64,000 nt of DNA from Auanema rhodensis (taxonomy: Eukaryota > Animalia > Nematoda), in NCBI GenBank assembly GCA_964057225.1, contig OZ059897.1, forward strand, positions 682,001-746,000, read 5' to 3'. The notes beneath the pieces were generated by a model that worked only from the letters and a program-made list of their open reading frames with translations, searched no databases and had not been told where the DNA came from. How positions within the stretch are numbered: the first letter of the stretch is position 1; the number at the start of each line of letters is the position of its first letter. Below are positions 54,101-64,000 of the stretch, piece by piece. The position numbers were made by a program, and so were the translations under genes.

Positions 54101-57100
54101 ACCCAGCTTAAAAATGCGCATCGAATGCACTATACTACATTGAGAAACGCTTAATACAAAAATTAGTTATGATTGTTTGAAAAATGATGCAATAGTGTAT
54201 GTTGAGTTTCCATGTACACTCAAAATTGCTTCCAAAAACATTTTGACAAAAATTTTTTCGAAAAATTTCAAAATAATTTCACAAAAAGTAGATGTTTTTA
54301 GATTCCTTTTTTCAAGACAAAGACGATGGACATTGTTATTCAACAAAAAAATTAATTCTTCAGGGTGAAAATCGAGGATATAAGTGTGAACTTATATCAG
54401 TTGATATCTCGGTGCATTTTTAAGCTAGCGCAAATCTGATAACACAGATCGACCCAGCTTAAAAATGCGCATCGAATGCACTATACTACATTGAGAAACG
54501 CTTAATACAAAAATTAGTTATGATTGTTTGAAAAATGATGCAATAGTGTATGTTGAGTTTCCATGTACACTCAAAATTGCTTCCAAAAACATTTTGACAA
54601 AAATTTTTTCGAAAAATTTCAAAATAATTTAGCAAAAAGTAGATGTTTTTAGATTCCTTTTTTCGAGGCAAAAACGATGGACAATGTTATTCAACGAAAA
54701 AATTATTTCTTCAGAGTGAAAATCGAGGATATAAGTGTGAACTTATATCAGTTGATATCTCGGTGCATTTTTAAGCTAGCGCAAATCTGATAGTACAGAT
54801 CGACGCAGCTTAAAAGTCCGCATCGAATGCACTATACTACATTGAGAAACGCTTAATACAAAAATTAGTTATGATCGATTGAAAAATGATGCAATAGTGT
54901 ATGTTGAGTTTCCATGTACACTCAACATTGCTTCCAAAAACATTTTGACAAAAATTTTTTCGAAAAATTTCAAAATAATTTAGCAAAAAGTAGATGTTTT
55001 TAGATTCCTTTTTTCGAGGCAAAAACGATGGACAATGTTATTCAACGAAAAAATTAATGCTTCAGGGTGAAAATCGAGGATATAAGTGTGAACTTATATC
55101 AGTTGATATCTCGGTGCATTTTTAAGCTAGCGCAAATCTGATAACACAGATCGACCCAGCTTAAAAATGCGCATCGAATGCACTATACTACATTGAGAAA
55201 CGCTTAATACAAAAATTAGTTATGATTGTTTGAAAAATGATGCAATAGTGTATGTTGAGTTTCCATGTACACTCAAAATTGCTTCCAAAAACATTTTGAC
55301 AAAAATTTTTTCGAAAAATTTCAAAATAATTTCACAAAAAGTAGATGTTTTTAGGTTCCTTTTTTCAAGACAAAGACGATGGACATTGTTATTCAACAAA
55401 AAAATTAATTCTTCAGGGTGAAAATCGAGGATATAAGTGTGAACTTATATCAGTTAATATCTCGGTGCATTTTTAAGCTAGCGCAAATCTGATAACACAG
55501 ATCGACCCAGCTTAAAAATGCGCATCGAATGCACTATACTACATTGAGAAACGCTTAATACAAAAATTAGTTATGATTGTTTGAAAAATGATGCAATAGT
55601 GTATGTTGAGTTTCCATGTACACTCAAAATTGCTTCCAAAAACATTTTGACAAAAATTTTTTCGAAAAATTTCAAAATAATTTCACAAAAAGTAGATGTT
55701 TTTAGATTCCTTTTTTCAAGACAAAGACGATGGACATTGTTATTCAACAAAAAAATTAATTCTTCAGGGTGAAAATCGAGGATATAAGTGTGAACTTATA
55801 TCAGTTGATATCTCGGTGCATTTTTAAGCTAGCGCAAATCTGATAACACAGATCGACCCAGCTTAAAAATGCGCATCGAATGCACTATACTACATTAAGA
55901 AACGCTTAATACAAAAATTAGTTATGATTGTTTGAAAAATGATGCAATAGTGTATGTTGAGTTTCCATGTACACTCAAAATTGCTTCCAAAAACATTTTG
56001 ACAAAAATTTTTTCAAAAAATTTCAAAATAGTTTCACAAAAAGTAGATGTTTTTAGATTCCTTTTTTCAAGACAAAGACGATGGACATTGTTATTCAACA
56101 AAAAAATTAGTTCTTCAGGGTGAAAATCGAGGATATAAGTGTGAACTTATATAAGTTGATATCTCGGTGCATTTTTAAGCTAGCGCAAATCTGATAACAC
56201 AGATCGACCCAGCTTAAAAATGCGCATCGAATGCACTATACTACATTGAGAAACGCTTAATACAAAAATTAGTTATGATTGTTTGAAAAATGATGCAATA
56301 GTGTATGTTGAGTTTCCATGTACACTCAAAATTGCTTCCAAAAACATTTTGACAAAAATTTTTTCGAAAAATTTCAAAATAATTTAGCAAAAAGTAGATG
56401 TTTTTAGATTCCTTTTTTCGAGGCAAAAACGATGGACAATGTTATTCAACGAAAAAATTATTTCTTCAGAGTGAAAATCGAGGATATAAGTGTGAACTTA
56501 TATCAGTTGATATCTCGGTGCATTTTTAAGCTAGCGCAAATCTGATAGTACAGATCGACGCAGCTTAAAAGTCCGCATCGAATGCACTATACTACATTGA
56601 GAAACGCTTAATACAAAAATTAGTTATGATCGTTTGAAAAATGATGCAATAGTGTATGTTGAGTTTCCATGTACACTCAACATTGCTTCCAAAAACATTT
56701 TGACAAAAATTTTTTCGAAAAATTTCAAAATATATTAGCAAAAAGTAGATGTTTTTAGATTCCTTTTTTCGAGGCAAAAACGATGGACAATGTTATTCAA
56801 CGAAAAAATTATTTCTTCAGAGTGAAAATCGAGGATATAAGTGTGAACTTATATCAGTTGATATCTCGGTGCATTTTCAAGCTAGCGCAAATCTGATAGT
56901 ACAGATCTACACAGCTTAAAAATGCGCATCGAATGCACTATACTACATTGAGAAACGCTTAATACAAAAATAAGTTATGATTGTTTGAAAAATGATGCAA
57001 TAGTGTATGTTGAGTTTCCATGTACACTCAAAATTGCTTCCAAAAACATTTTGACAAAAATTTTTTCGAAAAATTTCAAAATAATTTAGCAAAAAGTAAA

Positions 57101-57900
57101 TGTTTTTAGATTCCTTTTTTCGAGGCAAAAACGATGGACAATGTTATTCAACGAAAAAATTATTTCTTCAGAGTGAAAATCGAGGATATAAGTGTGAACT
57201 TATATCAGTTGATATCTCGGTGCATTTTTAAGCTAGCGCAAATCTGATAACACAGATCGACCCAGCTTAAAAATGCGCATCGAATGCACTATACTACATT
57301 GAGAAACGCTTAATACAAAAATTAGTTATGATCGTTTGAAAAATGATGCAATAGTGTATGTTGAGTTTCCATGTACACTCAAAATTGCTTCCAAAAACAT
57401 TTTGACAAAAATTTTTTCGAAAAATTTCAAGATAATTTAGCGAAAAGTAGATGTTTTTAGATTCCTTTTTTTGAGGCAAAAACGATGGACAATGTTATTC
57501 AACGAAAAAATTAATTCTTCAGGGTGAAAATCGAGGATATAGGTGTAAACTTATATCAGTTGATATCTCGGTGCATTTTCAAGCTAGCGCAAATCTGATA
57601 GTACAGATCGACGCAGCTTAAAAGTCCGCATCGAATGCACTATACTACATTGAGAAACGCTTAATACAAAAATTAGTTATGATCGTTTGAAAAATGATGC
57701 AATAGTGTATGTTGAGTTTCCATGTACACTCAAAATTGCTTCCAAAAACATTTTGACAAAAATTTTTTCGAAAAATTTCAAAATAATTTAGCAAAAAGTA
57801 GATGTTTTTAGATTCCTTTTTTCGAGGCAAAAACGATGGACAATGTTATTCAACGAAAAAATTATTTCTTCAGAGTGAAAATCGAGGATATAAGTGTGAA
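48101..57900. repeat. Variant domain 4, local expansion of the gacCcag-aaaatGcgc-gatTgt-gcaAtag subfamily
   Basis: This haplotype becomes the majority here. The allele ttaTttcttcagAgtg is confined to this region (~50143-57875). The pseudo-ORF track is densest here. Confidence 0.75.
49290..55660. repeat. Tandem 9-mer duplication, period 3159 bp
   Basis: atatctTggt at 49847/53006; aaacgcGtaat at 50290/53449; gatcgAttg at 51719/54878; ttagGttcc at 52196/55355. Confidence 0.92.
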
Positions 57901-60900
57901 CTTATATCAGTTGATATCTCGGTGCATTTTCAAGCTAGCGCAAATCTGATAGTACAGATCGACGCAGCTTAAAAATCCGCATCGAATGCACTATACTACA
58001 TTGAGAAACGCTTAATACAAAAATAAGTTATGATTGTTTGAAAAATGATGCAATAGTGTATGTTGAGTTTCCATGTACACTCAAAATTGCTTCCAAAAAC
58101 ATTTTGACAAAAATTTTTTCGAAAAATTTCAAAATAATTTAGCAAAAAGTAGATGTTTTTAGATTCCTTTTTTCAAGGCAAAAACGATGGACAATGTTAT
58201 TCAACGAAAAAATTAATTCTTCAGGGTGAAAATCGAGGATATAGGTGTGAACTTATATCAGTTGATATCTCGGTGCATTTTTAAGCTAGCGCAAATCTGA
58301 TAACACAGATCGACCTAGCTTAAAAATCCGCATCGAATGCACTATACTACATTAAGAAACGCTCAATACAAAAATTAGTTATGATCGTTTGAAAAATGAT
58401 GCATTAGTGTATGTTGAGTTTCCATGTACACTCAACATTGCTTCCAAAAACATTTTGACAAAAAGTTTCCCGAAAAATTTCAAAATAATTTCACAAAAAG
58501 TAGATGTTTTTAGATTCCTTTTTTCAAGACAAAGACGATGGACATTGTTATTCAACAAAAAAATTAATTCTTCAGGGTGAAAATCGAGGATATAAGTGTG
58601 AACTTATATCAGTTGATATCTCGGTGCATTTTCAAGCTAGCGCAAATCTGATAACACAGATCGACGCAGCTTAAAAATCCGCATCGAATGCACTATACTA
58701 CATTGAGAAACGCTCAATACAAAAATTAGTTATGATCGTTTGAAAAATGATGCATTAGTGTATGTTGAGTTTCCATGTACACTCAAAATTGCTTCCAAAA
58801 ACATTTTGACAAAAATTTTTTCGAAAAATTTCAAGATAATTTAGCGAAAAGTAGATGTTTTTAGATTCCTTTTTTTGAGGCAAAAACGATGGACAATGTT
58901 ATTCAACGAAAAAATTAATTCTTCAGGGTGAAAATCGAGGATATAGGTGTAAACTTATATCAGTTGATATCTCGGTGCATTTTCAAGCTAGCGCAAATCT
59001 GATAGTACAGATCGACGCAGCTTAAAAATCCGCATCGAATGCACTATACTACATTGAAAAACGCTTAATACAAAAATTAGTTATGATCGTTTGAAAAATG
59101 ATGCATTAGTGTATGTTGAGTTTCCATGTACACTCAAAATTGCTTCCAAAAACATTTTGACAAAAATTTTTTCGAAAAATTTCAAGATAATTTAGCGAAA
59201 AGTAGATGTTTTTAGATTCCTTTTTTCGAGGCAAAAACGATGGACAATGTTATTCAACGAAAAAATTAATTCTTCAGGGTGAAAATCGAGGATATAGGTG
59301 TGAACTTATATCAGTTGATATCTCGGTGCATTTTCAAGCTAGCGCAAATCTGATAGTACAGATCGACGCAGCTTAAAAATCCGCATCGAATGCACTATAC
59401 TACATTGAGAAACGCTCAATACAAAAATAAGTTATGATCGTTTGAAAAATGATGCATTAGTGTATGTTGCGTTTCCATGTACACTCAAAATTGCTTCCAA
59501 AAACATTTTGACAAAAATTTTTTCGAAAAATTTCAAAATAATTTAGCGAAAAGTAGATGTTTTTAGATTCCTTTTTTTGAGGCAAAAACGATGGACAATG
59601 TTATTCAACGAAAAAATTAATTCTTCAGGGTGAAAATCGAGGATATAGGTGTGAACTTATATCAGTTGATATCTCGGTGCATTTTTAAGCTAGCGGAAAT
59701 CTGATAACACAGATCGACGCAGCTTAAAAATCCGCATCGAATGCACTATACTACATTAAGAAAAGCTTAATACAAAAATTAGTTATGATCGTTTGAAAAA
59801 TGATGCATTAGTGTATGTTGAGTTTCCATGTACACTCAAAATTGCTTCCAAAAACATTTTGACAAAAATTTTTACGAAAAATTTCAAAATAATTTAGCGA
59901 AAAGTAGATGTTTTTAGATTCCTTTTTTCGAGGCAAAAACGATGGACAATGTTATTCAACGAAAAAATTAATTCTTCAGGGTGAAAATCGAGGATATAGG
60001 TGTGAACTTATATCAGTTGATATCTCGGTGCATTTTCAAGCTAGCGCAAATCTGATAGTACAGATCGACGCAGCTTAAAAATCCGCATCGAATGCACTAT
60101 ACTACATTGAGAAACGCTCAATACAAAAATAAGTTATGATCGTTTGAAAAATGATGCATTAGTGTATGTTGCGTTTCCATGTACACTCAAAATTGCTTCC
60201 AAAAACATTTTGACAAAAATTTTTTCGAAAAATTTCAAAATAATTTAGCGAAAAGTAGATGTTTTTAGATTTCTTTTTTCGAGGCAAAAACGATGGACAA
60301 TGTTATTCAACGAAAAAATTAATTCTTCAGGGTGAAAATCGAGGATATAAGTGTGAACTTATATCAGTTGATATCTCGGTGAATTTTTAAGCTAGCGCAA
60401 ATCTGACAACACAGATCGACGCAGTTTAAAAATCCGCATCGAATACACTATACTACATTGAGAAACGTTCAATACAAAAATTATTTATGATTGTTCGAAA
60501 AATGATGCATTAGTGTATGTTGAGTTTCCATGTACACTCAACATTGCTTCCAAAAACATTTTGACAAAAATTTTCCCGAAAAATTTCAAGATAATTTAAC
60601 AAAGAGTAGATGTTTTTAGATTCTTTTTTTTAAGGCGAAGACGATGGACAATGTTATTCAACGAAAAAATTAATTCTTCAGGGTGAAAATCGAGGATATA
60701 AGTGTGAACTTATATCAGTTGATATCTCGGTGCATTTTCAAGCTAGCGCAAATCTGATAGTACAGATCGACCCAGCTTAAAAGTCCGCATCGAATGCACT
60801 ATACTACATTGAGAAACGCTTAATACAAAAATTAGTTATGATCGTTTGAAAAATGATGCAATAGTGTATGTTGAGTTTCCATGTACACTCAACATTGCTT

Positions 60901-63900
60901 CCAAAAACATTTTGACAAAAATTTTTTCGAAAAATTTCAAAATAATTTAGCAAAAAGTAGATGTTTTTAGATTCCTTTTTTCGAGGCAAAAACGATGGAC
61001 AATGTTATTCAACGAAAAAATTAATTCTTCAGGGTGAAAATCGAGGATATAAGTGTGAACTTATATCAGTTGATATCTCGGTGCATTTTTAAGCTAGCGC
61101 AAATCTGATAACACAGATCGACCCAGCTTAAAAATGCGCATCGAATGCACTATACTACATTGAGAAACGCTTAATACAAAAATTAGTTATGATTGTTTGA
61201 AAAATGATGCAATAGTGTATGTTGAGTTTCCATGTACACTCAAAATTGCTTCCAAAAACATTTTGACAAAAATTTTTTCGAAAAATTTCAAAATAATTTC
61301 ACAAAAAGTAGATGTTTTTAGATTCCTTTTTTCAAGACAAAGACGATGGACATTGTTATTCAACGAAAAAATTAATTCTTCAGGGTGAAAATCGAGGATA
61401 TAGGTGTAAACTTATATCAGTTGATATCTCGGTGCATTTTCAAGCTAGCGCAAATCTGATAGTACAGATCGACGCAGCTTAAAAATCCGCATCGAATGCA
61501 CTATACTACATTGAAAAACGCTTAATACAAAAATTAGTTATGATCGTTTGAAAAATGATGCATTAGTGTATGTTGAGTTTCCATGTACACTCAAAATTGC
61601 TTCCAAAAACATTTTGACAAAAATTTTTTCGAAAAATTTCAAGATAATTTAGCGAAAAGTAGATGTTTTTAGATTCCTTTTTTTGAGGCAAAAACGATGG
61701 ACAATGTTATTCAACGAAAAAATTAATTCTTCAGGGTGAAAATCGAGGATATAGGTGTGAACTTATATCAGTTGATATCTCGGTGCATTTTTAAGCTAGC
61801 GGAAATCTGATAACACAGATCGACGCAGCTTGAAAATCCGCATCGAATGCACTATACTACATTAAGAAAAGCTTAATACAAAAATTAGTTATGATCGTTT
61901 GAAAAATGATGCATTAGTGTATGTTGAGTTTCCATGTACACTCAAAATTGCTTCCAAAAACATTTTGACAAAAATTTTTACGAAAAATTTCAAAATATTT
62001 TAGCGAAAAGTAGATGTTTTTAGATTCCTTTTTTCGAGGCAAAAACGATGGACAATGTTATTCAACGAAAAAATTAATTCTTCAGGGTGAAAATCGAGGA
62101 TATAGGTGTGAACTTATATCAGTTGATATCTCGGTGCATTTTCAAGCTAGCGCAAATCTGATAGTACAGATCGACGCAGCTTAAAAATCCGCATCGAATG
62201 CACTATACTACATTGAGAAACGCTCAATACAAAAATAAGTTATGATCGTTTGAAAAATGATGCATTAGTGTATGTTGCGTTTCCATGTACACTCAAAATT
62301 GCTTCCAAAAACATTTTGACAAAAATTTTTTCGAAAAATTTCAAAATAATTTAGCGAAAAGTAGATGTTTTTAGATTTCTTTTTTCGAGGCAAAAACGAT
62401 GGACAATGTTATTCAACGAAAAAATTAATTCTTCAGGGTGAAAATCGAGGATATAGGTGTGAACTTATATCAGTTGATATCTCGGTGCATTTTCAAGCTA
62501 GCGCAAATCTGATAGTACAGATCGACGCAGCTTAAAAATCCGCATCGAATGCACTATACTACATTGAGAAACGCTCAATACAAAAATAAGTTATGATCGT
62601 TTGAAAAATGATGCATTAGTGTATGTTGCGTTTCCATGTACACTCAAAATTGCTTCCAAAAACATTTTGACAAAAATTTTTTCGAAAAATTTCAAAATAA
62701 TTTAGCGAAAAGTAGATGTTTTTAGATTTCTTTTTTCGAGGCAAAAACGATGGACAATGTTATTCAACGAAAAAATTAATTCTTCAGGGTGAAAATCGAG
62801 GATATAAGTGTGAACTTATATCAGTTGATATCTCGGTGCATTTTTAAGCTAGCGCAAATCTGATAGTACAGATCGACGCAGCTTAAAAGTCCGCATCGAA
62901 TGCACTATACTACATTGAGAAACGCTTAATACAAAAATTAGTTATGATCGTTTGAAAAATGATGCAATAGTGTATGTTGAGTTTCCATGTACACTCAACA
63001 TTGCTTCCAAAAACATTTTGACAAAAATTTTTTCGAAAAATTTCAAAATAATTTAGCAAAAAGTAGATGTTTTTAGATTCCTTTTTTCGAGGCAAAAACG
63101 ATGGACAATGTTATTCAACGAAAAAATTAATTCTTCAGGGTGAAAATCGAGGATATAAGTGTGAACTTATATCAGTTGATATCTCGGTGCATTTTTAAGC
63201 TAGCGCAAATCTGATAACACAGATCGACCCAGCTTAAAAATGCGCATCGAATGCACTATACTACATTGAGAAACGCTCAATACAAAAATAAGTTATGATC
63301 GTTTGAAAAATGATGCATTAGTGTATGTTGCGTTTCCATGTACACTCAAAATTGCTTCCAAAAACATTTTGACAAAAATTTTTTCGAAAAATTTCAAAAT
63401 AATTTAGCGAAAAGTAGATGTTTTTAGATTTCTTTTTTCGAGGCAAAAACGATGGACAATGTTATTCAACGAAAAAATTAATTCTTCAGGGTGAAAATCG
63501 AGGATATAAGTGTGAACTTATATCAGTTGATATCTCGGTGCATTTTTAAGCTAGCGCAAATCTGATAGTACAGATCGACGCAGCTTAAAAGTCCGCATCG
63601 AATGCACTATACTACATTGAGAAACGCTTAATACAAAAATAAGTTATGATCGTTTGAAAAATGATGCAATAGTGTATGTTGAGTTTCCATGTACACTCAA
63701 CATTGCTTCCAAAAACATTTTGACAAAAATTTTTTCGAAAAATTTCAAAATAATTTAGCAAAAAGTAGATGTTTTTAGATTCCTTTTTTCGAGGCAAAAA
63801 CGATGGACAATGTTATTCAACGAAAAAATTAATTCTTCAGGGTGAAAATCGAGGATATAAGTGTGAACTTATATCAGTTGATATCTCGGTGCATTTTTAA

Positions 63901-64000
63901 GCTAGCGCAAATCTGATAACACAGATCGACCCAGCTTAAAAATGCGCATCGAATGCACTATACTACATTAAGAAACGCTCAATACAAAAATTAGTTATGA
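57901..64000. repeat. Variant domain 5, return to domain-3-like monomers
   Basis: ttgCgtttc, ctCaatacaaaaatAag, gacCTagc and ataGgtg alleles dominate again; private allele tttttAcgaaa at ~59874 and ~61980. Confidence 0.65.
60298..60648. repeat. Outlier, strongly diverged monomer
   Basis: Cluster of changes I did not see in other units: gAatttt, ctgaCaac, cagTttaa, aatAcac, ttaTttatg, gttCgaaa, tttaAc, aaaGag, ggcGaaG. Confidence 0.88.

Larger units (their letters stand above)
1..64000. repeat. Tandem satellite DNA array, 351-bp monomer, ~182.5 head-to-tail copies, extends beyond both window edges
   Basis: caatgt(a/t)attcaacgaaaaaatt recurs at 1, 352, 703 and onward. ORF starts are spaced by multiples of 351 (313, 664, 1717, 2419...). 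The ttg at monomer position 198 maps to 61197 = 198 + 174x351 - 75, so all phase drift is explained by the seven observed deletions. No inversion or foreign insert seen. Confidence 0.99.

Noticed and set aside
19085-61388. Repeated 63-aa ORF (MKNDA...)
   Set aside because: Starts at TTG and is open only in the ttCAcaaaa allele that removes a tag stop. The K/F/I/N-rich composition simply reflects A/T tracts.
5070-63797. Repeated 61-aa minus-strand ORF (MPRKKESK...)
   Set aside because: TTG start, dependent on the gcaAtag allele. The basic N-terminus is a translated T-tract.
1-64000. CRISPR array or other repeat-spacer or cassette system
   Set aside because: There are no unique spacers; units differ only by scattered SNP haplotypes shared through duplication, and no associated genes are present.

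Overview
The whole 64-kb window is one uninterrupted head-to-tail array of a 351-bp AT-rich satellite (monomer 1 = 1..351, about 32% GC by hand count; about 182.5 copies, all in the same orientation). I see no unique sequence, transposon insertion, RNA gene or credible protein-coding gene. The 61-79 aa ORFs are artefacts that appear only where a satellite SNP removes a stop codon. The 351-bp phase is explained end to end by seven deletions totalling 75 bp: 1 bp twice, 65 bp once and 2 bp four times. The structure worth noting is internal. (i) Variant haplotypes form successive domains, with the sharpest switch at a unique 65-bp deletion (18070/18071). (ii) Recent block duplications have changing periods of 2, 4, 5, 8, 9, 10, 11 and 16 monomers rather than one fixed higher-order repeat (HOR). 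(iii) The monomer is a string of hairpins, and several spreading variants make the inverted repeats more perfect. (iv) One monomer at about 60.3-60.65 kb is unusually diverged. (v) CpG is in excess, which points to a host that does not methylate this repeat. It reads as eukaryotic (peri)centromeric or heterochromatic satellite DNA. I cannot name the family or species, and I found no evidence for a new gene-encoded system.
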